Source: an uncultured Gammaproteobacteria bacterium
GTDB taxonomy: Bacteria; Pseudomonadota; Gammaproteobacteria; Arenicellales; CAJQKF01
Length of the DNA stretch: 64,000 nucleotides
Direction of reading: 5' to 3'
Assembly: GCA_905478855.1 (NCBI GenBank)
Contig: CAJQKF010000034.1
Span: 2,633 to 66,632 of the forward strand
Below are positions 48,226 to 58,715 of this stretch, piece by piece. The notes below the pieces were generated by a model, which was given only the letters and a program-made list of their open reading frames with translations, had not been told where the DNA came from and searched no databases. A program made the position numbers and the translations under genes. The number at the start of each line of letters is the position of its first letter. The stretch's first letter is position 1.

Positions 48226-50829
48226 ATGCGAACAGACAAATTTACCACCATGTTTCAGAATGCGCTTGGCGAAGCGCAAAGTCTGGCTAATCGGCACGAC
48301 CATCAGTACATAGAGCCCGTTCACGTTTTTCAAGCGCTTTTGGATCAAAAAGATGGTTCTGTGTCACATTTACTAAAGAGTGTTGATGCTAATGACGCTC
48401 AACTGCGTACAGGCCTGTCCGGTCTGCTGGAGAAGTTGCCTAGCGTTACAGGTCATGGTGGTGATATTCACATTAGCAATGATTTATCAAAATTATTAAA
48501 TGTCACAGAAAAACTTGCGCAAAAACGTAATGATAAGTTCATCTCAAGCGAGCTTTTTTTACTTGCCGTATTTGAGGGAAAAAGTCCCTTGGGCGATTTA
48601 CTTCGTGGACTTGGCGTAACATCCACCAATATCGATGCTGCGATTGCTAAAATGCGCTCGGGTTCGAGTGTTGATAATGCGGATGCTGAAGAACAACGAC
48701 AAGCATTAGAGAAATATACAGTAGATCTAACGGAGCGAGCGCGACAGGGTAAGCTTGATCCAGTTATTGGTCGTGATGACGAAATCCGTCGTACTGTTCA
48801 GGTTCTGCAAAGGCGTACAAAGAATAATCCGGTACTGATAGGTGAGCCTGGAGTTGGTAAAACCGCAATAGCAGAAGGTTTGGCGCTTCGAATAATCAAT
48901 AATGAAGTGCCTGAGGGTATTCGTGGTAAAAGGTTACTTTCCCTGGATTTGGGGGCGCTCATAGCGGGTGCAAAATTCCGCGGTGAGTTCGAAGAACGAT
49001 TAAAATCGTTACTTAATGATCTTGCTAAAGAAGAGGGACAGGTCATCTTATTTATCGATGAATTGCATACAATGGTCGGCGCAGGAAAAGCCGAAGGTTC
49101 CATGGATGCGGGTAATATGCTCAAGCCGGCTCTCGCACGAGGTGACTTACATTGTATTGGTGCGACAACGCTCGATGAGTATCGAAAGTACGTAGAAAAA
49201 GATGCGGCGCTTGAACGACGGTTCCAAAAAGTTCTGGTGGATGAGCCGAATGTTGAAGATACCATTGCGATATTACGCGGTCTTAAAGACAAGTATGAGG
49301 TCCATCACGGAATAGATATTACCGACCCGGCTATAGTATCAGCGGCTGTACTCTCGCATCGTTATATCAGTGATCGGCAATTACCTGATAAGGCGATTGA
49401 CTTAATGGACGAGGCTGCTAGCTTGATTAGAATGGAAATTGATTCTAAGCCTGAGTCGATGGACCGATTGGATAGACGTATTATCCAATTAAAAATAGAG
49501 CGAGAAGCAATCAAAAAAGATAATGACAGTGCGAGTAAAAAACGTCATCAAACCCTAGAAGATGAATTAACGGCACTTGAGCGAGAGTATTCTGAATTGG
49601 AGGAGGTATGGAAGGCTGAAAAGGCCGCCTTAAATGGAAGTCAACACGTTCGTGAGGCACTTGATGCTGCGCGAATAGACATGGAAGTTGCTCGAAGGGC
49701 CGGTGATCTAGCGCAAATGTCCGAGCTTCAGTATGGAACAATTCCTGAACTTGAACGCAATTTGTTACTAGCTACTGATGCTGAGGGTAAGGAGCGTACG
49801 CTGTTACGTACCAGTGTTACTGAAGATGAGATTGCTGAAGTTGTATCCCGTTGGACAGGAATTCCGGTTTCCAAAATGTTGGAAGGCGAGAAGGAAAAAC
49901 TGCTCAGGATGGAAGAAGAGTTGCATAGTCGAGTTATTGGACAGCATGAAGCAATTTCGGCGGTTAGTCATGCAATGCGACGATCAAGGGCAGGTTTGTC
50001 TGATCCTGCTAGGCCTGACGGATCTTTTCTATTTCTTGGTCCAACCGGCGTTGGAAAAACCGAATTATGTAAGGCGTTATCGTCCTTTATGTTTGACTCT
50101 GAGTCATCTCTAATTCGTATCGACATGTCCGAATTTATGGAAAAGCATTCTGTTGCAAGATTGATAGGAGCTCCTCCAGGATACGTCGGTTATGAGGAAG
50201 GTGGTTATTTGACAGAAGCCGTGCGTCGTAAGCCCTATGCGGTAATTTTATTGGATGAAATTGAAAAAGCTCATCCGGACGTATTTAATATCCTATTGCA
50301 AGTTTTGGACGACGGTCGATTGACCGATGGGCATGGACGTACGGTGGATTTTCGAAATACGATTATAGTAATGACATCCAATTTAGGCTCAGATCATATT
50401 CAATCGGCCGAGGCAGATACCGATTATGACTCCCTTAAGTCCATGGTAATGGAAGTTGTTTCTCGACATTTTCGCCCTGAGTTCATAAATCGTATAGATG
50501 ATTTGGTTGTTTTCCATCGATTGGATAAGGCGGAGTTGCTTGAAATCGCGGGAATACAGCTTGAGATATTGCGTGAACGATTACAGCAGCGTGATCTGAA
50601 CATCGTAGTAAGTGATAAAGCACTGCAAAATCTCGTGGATTATGGCTTTGATCCTGTGTTTGGTGCGAGACCGTTGCGACGGGTAATTCAAACGAAACTT
50701 GAAAACCTGTTGGCTGAAGAAATACTGCATGGTCGATTTACTGCTGGCGATACTATTTATGTTGATCTGGATGCTAGCGAGCAGATTGTATTCGCTGATG
50801 CAGCTAGTTCGCACAGTGCGGTAGCATAG
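48226..50829 (+). CDS. clpB: ATP-dependent chaperone ClpB
   Basis: 867 aa. Clp N-domain, two AAA modules ([10 protein letters not shown] / [10 protein letters not shown]) and a long coiled-coil middle domain. Confidence 0.97.
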   Translation: MRTDKFTTMFQNALGEAQSLANRHDHQYIEPVHVFQALLDQKDGSVSHLLKSVDANDAQLRTGLSGLLEKLPSVTGHGGDIHISNDLSKLLNVTEKLAQKRNDKFISSELFLLAVFEGKSPLGDLLRGLGVTSTNIDAAIAKMRSGSSVDNADAEEQRQALEKYTVDLTERARQGKLDPVIGRDDEIRRTVQVLQRRTKNNPVLIGEPGVGKTAIAEGLALRIINNEVPEGIRGKRLLSLDLGALIAGAKFRGEFEERLKSLLNDLAKEEGQVILFIDELHTMVGAGKAEGSMDAGNMLKPALARGDLHCIGATTLDEYRKYVEKDAALERRFQKVLVDEPNVEDTIAILRGLKDKYEVHHGIDITDPAIVSAAVLSHRYISDRQLPDKAIDLMDEAASLIRMEIDSKPESMDRLDRRIIQLKIEREAIKKDNDSASKKRHQTLEDELTALEREYSELEEVWKAEKAALNGSQHVREALDAARIDMEVARRAGDLAQMSELQYGTIPELERNLLLATDAEGKERTLLRTSVTEDEIAEVVSRWTGIPVSKMLEGEKEKLLRMEEELHSRVIGQHEAISAVSHAMRRSRAGLSDPARPDGSFLFLGPTGVGKTELCKALSSFMFDSESSLIRIDMSEFMEKHSVARLIGAPPGYVGYEEGGYLTEAVRRKPYAVILLDEIEKAHPDVFNILLQVLDDGRLTDGHGRTVDFRNTIIVMTSNLGSDHIQSAEADTDYDSLKSMVMEVVSRHFRPEFINRIDDLVVFHRLDKAELLEIAGIQLEILRERLQQRDLNIVVSDKALQNLVDYGFDPVFGARPLRRVIQTKLENLLAEEILHGRFTAGDTIYVDLDASEQIVFADAASSHSAVA

Positions 50830-51014
50830 CGAAGCTTATGCAGAATAATAGGTTTGGTTGCTGGATACTGTTTATATTATAATCAGACGACTGGTTAGCT
50901 TGGGTTGTTAATGCTAATCAGTTTTCTGCGTAACGTTCGATAAACGTCAAAAGAAGAATATTTGATGTGAGTGCGCTGTCGATATTTCAGTTTAATTGAT
51001 TCTCTTAGAAAACT

Positions 51015-52130
51015 ATGAAAGCAATGATACTTGCTGCGGGCAAAGGAACAAGAGTCCGGCCGCTGACTCAAGTACTGCCGAAACCAATGATTCCTGTGCT
51101 TGGGAAACCGGTAATGGAGTATTTAGTTGAGGAACTGGCACGCCACGGCTTCAATCAGATTATGGTGAACACCAGCCATCTTGCTACCGGAATCGAAAAT
51201 TACTTTAGCGATGGAAGACGCTGGGGCGTTGAGATTGGATATTCTTTTGAAGGTGAAATACGAGAAGGTGAAGTTGTAGCTCAGCCTATCGGGTCGGCCG
51301 GTGGCATTAAGAGAATTCAGAGGTTTGGAGGGTTTTTTGATGATACTTTTCTGGTTGTCTGCGGTGATGCTCTGATTGATGTCGATCTGACAACGGCGGT
51401 AAGAAAACACTGGCAATCTGGCGCTGTGGCAAGTTTAGTCACTGCACGTGTTGAACCCGACCAGGTAAGTAACTACGGTGTTGTTGGTAGTGACGATAAT
51501 GGAAGGATTACAATGTTTCAGGAAAAGCCATCGGCGGCCGAAGCCTGCTCTAACCTGGTTAATACAGGAATATATATTTTTGAGCCTGAGGTTATCGATT
51601 TAATACCCGAGAATGAACCCTACGATATCGGTTCTCAGTTATTTCCCGCGATTCTGAAGGCTGGATTGCTGTTTAACGCAATAGACCTGCCATTTACTTG
51701 GGTCGATATCGGCAGACTAAGTGACTACTGGGAAGCCAATCAAAGATTAATGATGGGTGAATTGAATGATGTTGATATGCCGGGTACAGAAGTTTTACCC
51801 GGGATTTGGTGCGGTCTTAATGTTACAGTTGACTGGGATAATGTTCTTTTGGAAGGCCCGGTATATATTGGTGCGGGGTCTTCTATTCACGCGGGTGCTG
51901 AGATTATTGGTCCAACATGGATTGGTCACGGTTGTGAAATCGAAGGTGGGGCTCGTGTATATAGGAGTATACTGTTCGAATATACTCGGTTGGGTTCTCA
52001 TGCTGACCTGAGCGAAGCCGTAGTGTTTGGGCGTAACTGTGTTGATAAGGACGGTAACACAATGTCAGGCAGTAAGTCTGAACTGGATTGGGTTACCGAT
52101 GCTCGGGATTATCGCGGAGAAAGCCGCTAA
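51015..52130 (+). CDS. sugar-phosphate nucleotidyltransferase with C-terminal left-handed beta-helix domain
   Basis: MKAMILAAGKGTRVRPLT...PKPM.PV is the NTP_transferase G-loop. The C-terminus has hexapeptide-like repeats. Confidence 0.8.
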   Translation: MKAMILAAGKGTRVRPLTQVLPKPMIPVLGKPVMEYLVEELARHGFNQIMVNTSHLATGIENYFSDGRRWGVEIGYSFEGEIREGEVVAQPIGSAGGIKRIQRFGGFFDDTFLVVCGDALIDVDLTTAVRKHWQSGAVASLVTARVEPDQVSNYGVVGSDDNGRITMFQEKPSAAEACSNLVNTGIYIFEPEVIDLIPENEPYDIGSQLFPAILKAGLLFNAIDLPFTWVDIGRLSDYWEANQRLMMGELNDVDMPGTEVLPGIWCGLNVTVDWDNVLLEGPVYIGAGSSIHAGAEIIGPTWIGHGCEIEGGARVYRSILFEYTRLGSHADLSEAVVFGRNCVDKDGNTMSGSKSELDWVTDARDYRGESR

Positions 52131-52474
52131 TCTGTCTGTTCGCCAGGCAGCGCTTATTTACGCACCGGTGTTTTTTAAGTAACACCGAGTATAGTTGCAG
52201 AGCCTTCCTATGCCGCGGTATGTAGTCGTGTTTGTTCGATACCACCATTGCAAAAAATGTGGTGTCTAATCCATTATTGGCATTTCAGTTCCACCAACTT
52301 ACATCAATGCTAAAAGATCAATTCTACGACTATTCATAACGCCCTGCGAATTTATACAAAATCCCAGTACTGTTTGCCTTCTGAGAGTCTTTTCTATAGG
52401 TTGCGTATGACGTAGGGTATCCGCTTTTTTGCCCCTATCACAGCACTCTAATTAAATATTATAAATCTGAAATT

Positions 52475-53500
52475 ATGCATGATCACCTTTCTTATCTTTA
52501 CGGGAAGCCGGAAGCTTCGGCTAACATGCGGGTCGAATGTGAGGACTTTAGGGTCTCAGAGAATTTATCCTTTGAGCCAGTTGGAAGTGGGTATCATTCT
52601 CTCGTGTATATTCGTAAAACCAATCGAAATACTCAAGATATTCTCAGCTGGTTGGCCGAGACATGTGCAGTCAGCGAGCGCGATATTGGTTATTGTGGGC
52701 AAAAAGATAAACGAGCGATAACCGAGCAATGGTTTTCTGTTCCAGGTAATGATGCGGATGAATGCCTAAAGTCTGCTGATTCTATTGAAGGCATTGAAGT
52801 TTTATCTATCGTTCCACACGATAAAAAATTAAGAATTGGCGCGCATCGTTCTAATAGCTTTGAAATAGTATTAAAGGAGTTTGACGGAAACCATGAGGAT
52901 GTTAAACATCGATTGCAGTCTATCCAACAAACAGGATTTCCTAACTACTTTGGACCGCAGCGCTTTGGGCGTGACGGGAAAAATGCGCTATATGGGCGGA
53001 TGCTTTTGCAAAACAAGCGATTTCGCAAAGCAAAGGGTGTGCGACAGAAGTTGCAAGTATCTGCATTGCGTTCACAATTATTTAATACCATTGTATCTTG
53101 CAGCTTAAGTTCGTCTACATATGATGTTCTGCAAGAACACGATGTACTTATGATTGACGGTAGCCATAGCCACTTTGTTGCAGACCAGAGTGACGATTTG
53201 GAGCTGCGCTTGAAAAATATGGCTGTGCATAAAACAGCTCCTCTGTGGGGGCGGCCGGATCGTCATTTGCCAGAACGATTGTATCAGCGCGAACTTGAAA
53301 TACTTGCAGATTTTCAGGAAGACGCGTTATTGCTGGAATCTCGGAGGTTCGATATGACTCGCCGGGCGGTACGTGCGGTTGCCCGTAATCTGCAATGGGA
53401 GTTTGGGGATAGCCAATTGATTTTGAAATTTGAGCTTGACCCCGGAGTCTTCGCAACGTCCTTGTTGCGAGAACTCGTCGACTTTGAAGTAACTTATTAG
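52475..53500 (+). CDS. truD: tRNA pseudouridine(13) synthase TruD
   Basis: L.YLYGKP......R...EDF.V.E.L.FEP.G.G.H....I.K and GYCGQKDKRAITEQWFS are collinear with E. coli TruD. Confidence 0.9.
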   Translation: MHDHLSYLYGKPEASANMRVECEDFRVSENLSFEPVGSGYHSLVYIRKTNRNTQDILSWLAETCAVSERDIGYCGQKDKRAITEQWFSVPGNDADECLKSADSIEGIEVLSIVPHDKKLRIGAHRSNSFEIVLKEFDGNHEDVKHRLQSIQQTGFPNYFGPQRFGRDGKNALYGRMLLQNKRFRKAKGVRQKLQVSALRSQLFNTIVSCSLSSSTYDVLQEHDVLMIDGSHSHFVADQSDDLELRLKNMAVHKTAPLWGRPDRHLPERLYQRELEILADFQEDALLLESRRFDMTRRAVRAVARNLQWEFGDSQLILKFELDPGVFATSLLRELVDFEVTY

Positions 53501-53517
53501 CTTCTATTTGTCTTGAA

Positions 53518-55419
53518 TTAGTCTGCTGGCGTGGCCCCAGATAATAGCTTATTTACTCTTTTTACGAACGATGCAGGCTCGCGTAGAGGTGCTCCCTCGC
53601 TCAGGGTCGCTTGATCAAGCAGCACATGGGCCCAGTCTTCCAGATTGGGCGACGTGCTGGAAATCCCAGCAACAAGAGGATGATCCGGGTTCAATTCCAA
53701 AATCGGTTTTGATTCCGGTGCGCTTTGGCCAGCTGCTTCTAAAATTCGTTGAAGATTACCGCCTAAATCGTGATCATCTGCGATTAAGCAAGCGGGAGAA
53801 TCAGTTAGTCGGCGACTCAATCTGACGTCTTTAACTCGATCACCCAGTTTCTCTTTGATGGCATCGGTTAGCCCTTTCAGGTCTTCGATTTTCTTTTCGT
53901 GCTCTTCCTTGTCGTCGTTATCCGATCCAAAGTCTTCTTCAGGTAGTTCTCCTTTGGCAACGGACTTGAGATCTTTTCCATCAAACTCTGTTAGGTGATT
54001 GACTAACCACTCGTCGATTTGATCTCCAAGTAATAAAACTTCTATATCGTTCTTGCGGAAAAATTCCAAATGGGGAGATTCCTTCGCCGCAGCATGATTG
54101 TCCGCCGTAATATAGTAGATTGCCGTCTGTTTCTCGGGCATTCGTTTGATGTATTCATCAAGTGAAACCACTTGCTTGTCTTCTTTTGTCGTTGTAAAGC
54201 GCAGTAGCGCGGCTATTGCGTTCTTATTATCCTGATCATCGATGACTCCCTCTTTTATTGCGCGCCCAAATTCATCCCAGAATCCTTGATATTTCTCAGC
54301 ATCATTTTTCGCTAGCTTTTTCAATTCGCCAAGTACTTTCTTCACCGATGCGCGTTTGATTTTGTCAATATCGGGGTTCTTTTGAAGATGCTCCCGGGAT
54401 ACATTTAGTGGTAAGTCATTAGCATCAATTACACCGCGTACGAAGCGAAGATACGGAGGCATTAAATTTTCACTGCCATCCATTATAAAGATTCGCTTTA
54501 CGTAGAGGTTTACTCCGTGCCGACGCTCTCGATCCCATAGGTCAAACGGTGCTTTCTGCGGTAGAAAGAGTAATGACGTATATTCTAGATTTCCCTCAAC
54601 ACGGCTGTGAAGGGTAATGAGAGGAGGTTGGGAGTCATAACTCAAAGTCGTGTAGAAGTTATTGTATTCTTCTTCAGTTATTTCGTTCCTTGGTCGTGTC
54701 CAAAGTGCCGAGCCTTTGTTAACTACCTCGAATTCAACGACTGCGGAATCTTCCTCGGTATCCTCACCATCCGATACAGATTCTTTGAGCATTCGGATTG
54801 GTAGCGAGATATGGTCGGAATATTTGGAGATAATGCTGCGAAGTTTCCAACTGCTCGCAAATTCTTTTTCATCATCACGAAGAAATAACGTTATCGATGT
54901 TCCACGGTCATCTTTGTTTACATCTTCAATTGTATAGTCGCCGGTACCTTCTGATACCCATCGTACGCCCTTAGCCTTGTCTTCTCCTGCGCGCCGTGTG
55001 ATTAGCACAACTTTTCGAGCAACCAGAAACGCTGAGTAAAAACCAACGCCGAATTGTCCGATTAATTGACTGTCTTGTTTATCTTCGCCACTTAATGCCT
55101 CGATGAACTCTTTCGTTCCGGATCGAGCGATGGTGCCGATGTTGCTGACAACTTCATCGTGTGTCATGCCGATTCCATTGTCAGAAATTGTGATGCTGTT
55201 TTGTTCTGCGTCAAATAGAATATCGATGGCCAGTTCACCGGCGTCTTCCAGTAATGAACCATTCGTTAAGCTCTCGAAATTTAATTTGTCACACGCGTCT
55301 GATGAATTGGAAATTAATTCTCTGAGGAAAATTTCCTTATTGGAATACAAGGAATGGATCATCAGATGGAGGATTTGGTTCACTTCTGCTTGGAATTCGT
55401 GTTTTACCGCGTCGCTCAT
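53518..55419 (-). CDS. htpG: molecular chaperone HtpG (Hsp90)
   Basis: FQAEVNQILHLMIHSLYSNKEIFLRELISNSSDA and GQFGVGFYSAFLVA. 633 aa. Confidence 0.97.
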   Translation of the reverse strand: MSDAVKHEFQAEVNQILHLMIHSLYSNKEIFLRELISNSSDACDKLNFESLTNGSLLEDAGELAIDILFDAEQNSITISDNGIGMTHDEVVSNIGTIARSGTKEFIEALSGEDKQDSQLIGQFGVGFYSAFLVARKVVLITRRAGEDKAKGVRWVSEGTGDYTIEDVNKDDRGTSITLFLRDDEKEFASSWKLRSIISKYSDHISLPIRMLKESVSDGEDTEEDSAVVEFEVVNKGSALWTRPRNEITEEEYNNFYTTLSYDSQPPLITLHSRVEGNLEYTSLLFLPQKAPFDLWDRERRHGVNLYVKRIFIMDGSENLMPPYLRFVRGVIDANDLPLNVSREHLQKNPDIDKIKRASVKKVLGELKKLAKNDAEKYQGFWDEFGRAIKEGVIDDQDNKNAIAALLRFTTTKEDKQVVSLDEYIKRMPEKQTAIYYITADNHAAAKESPHLEFFRKNDIEVLLLGDQIDEWLVNHLTEFDGKDLKSVAKGELPEEDFGSDNDDKEEHEKKIEDLKGLTDAIKEKLGDRVKDVRLSRRLTDSPACLIADDHDLGGNLQRILEAAGQSAPESKPILELNPDHPLVAGISSTSPNLEDWAHVLLDQATLSEGAPLREPASFVKRVNKLLSGATPAD

Positions 55420-55526
55420 GGGTGGGGGTGCTCCTAATTTGGGTAGATTTCAATTGGTTAATGTGAACAAGGTGATTTGATTTACGTAAGCCACTGCGCT
55501 GCTATGTAAATATCAAATATAAGCAA

Positions 55527-55554
55527 AAAATGGGGATTCTAAGGATTTTTTCAA
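55527..55554 (-). promoter_or_regulatory. sigma32 (heat-shock) type promoter of htpG
   Basis: The minus strand reads CTTGAAA (55554-55548), a 13-nt spacer, then CCCCATTT (55534-55527), ~110 nt upstream of the htpG ATG. Confidence 0.65.
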
Positions 55555-55634
55555 GCGCTAATCAGCTGAAATCTATTTCGCTATGTAAATTTTGGCAGAA
55601 ATACAATAAAATCAAATTACCTTAGTTTATAGCG

Positions 55635-55663
55635 TTGACGATTAAACACTCTGCGAGTATATT
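55635..55663 (+). promoter_or_regulatory. sigma70 promoter of the tRNA operon, with a GC-rich discriminator
   Basis: TTGACG (55635-55640), a 17-nt spacer, then TATATT (55658-55663), followed by CCCCGCCC. An A/T-rich UP-like tract lies upstream. This is the stringent-controlled stable-RNA promoter architecture. Confidence 0.6.
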
Positions 55664-55709
55664 CCCCGCCCTCGGATGCGGTGTGAAGTTTCACCGAATC
55701 GAAAAATGT

Positions 55710-55786
<77 letters not shown>

Positions 55787-55817
55787 GTTTATTGTTAAAT
55801 GGTCGAAGTAAATATTT

Positions 55818-56180
55818 GCGCCCGTAGCTCAATTGGATAGAGCAACGGCCTTCTGGCCAAAAGAGTAGTATTTGGCGTGGAGCCTTTCGAGAGAAACAGA
55901 ATTTCGAGAGTGCAGGACACTGTATCGGTGAAACCTTAACGCGTAGCGGCGATGGCAATACCGAGGAAACCGGGATCTGAATAAGATCCGGTACACGAAG
56001 GGCGGATTTATTCGCGGGTAGTGTATCTAAGGGATCCGTAGAGACTATACGTGTCCCACCTGCGATGGTGAAGATATAGTCCAGACCACAAAGTTTGATG
56101 GGTTTCTATCAAATGCAACGAAAGTTGTAGCGGGTAAGCTAAGCCGTAGGTTACAGGTTCGAGTCCTGTCGGGCGCGCCA
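55818..56180 (+). tRNA. tRNA-Arg (anticodon UCU) gene split by a 286-nt intron. Exon 1 is 55818-55852 and exon 2 is 56139-56180.
   Basis: The joined exons give a perfect 77-nt cloverleaf: acceptor GCGCCCG/CGGGCGC, D arm GCTC-AATTGGATA-GAGC, anticodon stem ACGGC/GCCGT, loop CTTCTAA, T arm ACAGG-TTCGAGT-CCTGT, then G-CCA. It closely resembles E. coli argU. Confidence 0.9.
55853..56138 (+). ncRNA. group I intron (IC3-like), no ORF, in the anticodon loop of tRNA-Arg(UCU)
   Basis: The 5' exon ends in U, and its CUU can pair with GAG at 55863-55865 (P1). The terminal base is G at 56138. R-like box GTAGAGACTATACG is at 56038-56051 and S-like box AAGATATAGTCC at 56071-56082. Proposed pairings: P7 GACTATA/TATAGTC; P3 GGACAC (55915-20)/GTGTCC (56051-56); P4 TCGGTG (55925-30)/TACCGA (55959-64); P8 CACC-TGCGAT-GGTG. 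Confidence 0.85.
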
Positions 56181-56215
56181 GGTATTTTAGATTTTAACGA
56201 TTTGACAGTATTTAT

Positions 56216-56292
56216 GGTGAGCGTAGCTCAGTTGGTAGAGCCCCGGATTGTGATTCCGGTGGTCGTGGGTTCGAGCCCCATCGTTCACCCCA
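56216..56292 (+). tRNA. tRNA-His (anticodon GUG), with encoded G-1
   Basis: GGTGAGCG...anticodon stem CCGGA/TCCGG, loop TTGTGAT, T-loop TTCGAGC, ...CGTTCACCCCA. Close to E. coli hisR. Confidence 0.9.
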
Positions 56293-56307
56293 TTTTAAAT
56301 GTGCAAC

Positions 56308-56383
<76 letters not shown>

Positions 56384-56391
56384 GACACTTG

Positions 56392-56476
<85 letters not shown>

Positions 56477-56539
56477 TTTGTCTGGCTTGCTTCTATTAGT
56501 TCTAATGTATCAAACGACTATCCATATCCAGGACAAATC

Positions 56540-57838
56540 ATGCAGTCTTCACTAGAAACTATCGGTACTATTGGCCGAAAAATGACGATTACAATACCTT
56601 CGGAAAGACTGGAGGATAAAGTTGTCGAGCGTTTGAAATCCGTAACTCATAACGCACGTTTACCCGGTTTTAGGCCAGGTAAAGCACCGCGCAAGCTGAT
56701 CGATGCTAAGTATGGTCCACAGGTCGTAAGCGAAGTGGCCGAGCAATTAATTAATGAGGGATATCGCGAAGCGGTCACCGAAAATAAGATCATTCCTGCC
56801 GGATCACCGCGTATTGAAGCTAAGAAGATCGAACGTGGCAGTGATTTGGAATTTGTTGCTGAATTTGATGTTTTCCCAGAGATTCTAAAAACCAGTTTAG
56901 AAGGGGAAACCATAACTAACCCAGTTTGTTCAATTGGTGACGACAATATTCAAAATACAATTGACTCGCTTCGACAACGCCAGGTTAAGTGGGAAGAAAC
57001 AGAAGATGCGTCTGCTGATGGCGATAAGGTGACGATAGATTTTGTCGGAAAAATTGATGGCGAAGTTTTCGAAGGCGGAGAAGCAACGGACTTCGACCTC
57101 GTTTTAGGCTCCGGTTCTATGCTGCCAGATTTTGAAGCCGCTCTGTTCGGTGTGAAAAAAGATGACGTAAAAACCGTTGATGTCGATTTTCCCGACGACT
57201 ATCCCGGAGAAGTGGTTGCTGGAAAGACTTCATCGTTCAATATCACCGTGAAGAGTATCAACCATCCGATTCTGCCCCCACTCGATGATGAGTTTGTAAA
57301 GTCACTTGGCGTCGCGGCTGGAACACCAGAAGCACTTGATGCTGAAGTTCGGAAGAACCTAGAACGCGAATTGAACGATCGCATTCGTATGAATGTGAAG
57401 ACACAGGTCATGGATAAAATGGCCGAGTTGAACCCAATCGACGTTCCCCAGCAAATGGTTGAAGAGGAGCTGACCCGAATGGTTGAGCAAACTACAGCCC
57501 AATACCAACAGCAGGGCATGAAAGACGTGCCAATTGATAAAGAACAATTACGCCCTCAGGCCACCCGACGTGTTGCGCTAGGTCTTATTATGAGCGAGGT
57601 CATTCAGGGCAATGAAATTAAACTGGATGAAGATAAGCTAAGAGCACGTGTAGACGAAATGTCTACGGGGTATGAGAAACCTGAAGAGTTTGTCCAATGG
57701 CATTATGCTGATCGGTCCCGTCTAGCAAGTATGGAGGCGCTGGTGCTCGAAGATCAAGTAGTGCAATTTTTGGTCGGTTCAGCAACATCCGAAGATAAAG
57801 AAGTTGATTTTAAGGAATTTACTTCCAGTCAGGCTTGA
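56540..57838 (+). CDS. tig: trigger factor
   Basis: MQSSLETIGTIGRKMTITIPSERLEDKV....K.V.....LPGFRPGKAP. ATG 56540 is chosen because the ORF-track start (56447) overlaps tRNA-Leu. Confidence 0.95.
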   Translation: MQSSLETIGTIGRKMTITIPSERLEDKVVERLKSVTHNARLPGFRPGKAPRKLIDAKYGPQVVSEVAEQLINEGYREAVTENKIIPAGSPRIEAKKIERGSDLEFVAEFDVFPEILKTSLEGETITNPVCSIGDDNIQNTIDSLRQRQVKWEETEDASADGDKVTIDFVGKIDGEVFEGGEATDFDLVLGSGSMLPDFEAALFGVKKDDVKTVDVDFPDDYPGEVVAGKTSSFNITVKSINHPILPPLDDEFVKSLGVAAGTPEALDAEVRKNLERELNDRIRMNVKTQVMDKMAELNPIDVPQQMVEEELTRMVEQTTAQYQQQGMKDVPIDKEQLRPQATRRVALGLIMSEVIQGNEIKLDEDKLRARVDEMSTGYEKPEEFVQWHYADRSRLASMEALVLEDQVVQFLVGSATSEDKEVDFKEFTSSQA

Positions 57839-57904
57839 TTTTCGAGCCTGTTGCTAGCAGGTACTACGTAGAAATATGTTTACTAGAGAAAGGTCCAAAA
57901 TAGA

Positions 57905-58558
57905 ATGTTTACCGGAATGAATCGAGTCGAAGAACAAAACATTGGACTGGTGCCAATGGTTGTAGAAACCACTGGGCGTGGTGAGAGAGCCTATGACATC
58001 TACTCCAGAATGCTTAAGGAGCGTGTCATATTTTTGGTCGGACAAGTTGAAGATCAGATGGCAAATTTGATCGTAGCTCAACTGCTTTTTCTTGAATCCG
58101 AAAATCCAGAGAAAGATATTAGTATTTACGTTAATAGTCCTGGTGGAGTGGTAAGTGCCGGTTTGGCAATTTACGATACTATGCAGTTTATTCGTCCAGA
58201 TGTTAGCACCGTTTGCATAGGACAGGCCGCGAGTATGGGTGCGGTTATACTCGCCGGTGGTGCCGCAGGGAAAAGACATGCTTTACCGAATGCCAGAGTT
58301 ATGGTGCATCAGCCCTGGGGCGGATTTCAGGGGCAGGCTACCGATATTGATATCCATGCGCGGGAAATTCTTAAGTTAAAGAGTCGTTTAAACGGTATTC
58401 TTGCTGAACATTCAGGTAAGGATGTTGACCAAATTGAAAATGATACTGAACGAGACAACTTTATGTCGGCTGAAGACGCTAAAAACTATGGTTTGATCGA
58501 TACTGTTATCGAAAGACGACCCAGCGACGACAAAACAACGGCTCCTGAACAGAAGTAG
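57905..58558 (+). CDS. clpP: ATP-dependent Clp protease proteolytic subunit
   Basis: [46 protein letters not shown] and MVHQP motifs. Confidence 0.97.
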   Translation: MFTGMNRVEEQNIGLVPMVVETTGRGERAYDIYSRMLKERVIFLVGQVEDQMANLIVAQLLFLESENPEKDISIYVNSPGGVVSAGLAIYDTMQFIRPDVSTVCIGQAASMGAVILAGGAAGKRHALPNARVMVHQPWGGFQGQATDIDIHAREILKLKSRLNGILAEHSGKDVDQIENDTERDNFMSAEDAKNYGLIDTVIERRPSDDKTTAPEQK

Positions 58559-58715
58559 AAATCTCGATTTTTATTTCGATTTTGGTTTGTTGTTGTGAAA
58601 ACGGTTGGTTAGGCTTGCATTTTTACCGTAAATTCTGCATCTTTAGAACAACGATCCGAAAGGAATTTTTAAATCAGGATTTTTCCTGCGAACATATTTA
58701 AGTACTGAGTTTAAA

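Noticed and set aside
55885-55910. Tandem-looking direct repeat TTTCGAGAG ... TTTCGAGAG separated by 8 nt.
   Set aside because: The unit is quasi-palindromic around TCGA, so the two copies can pair with each other in an 8-bp helix that includes two G.U pairs. It lies where P2 of the group I intron is expected. I interpret it as intron secondary structure rather than a repeat element.
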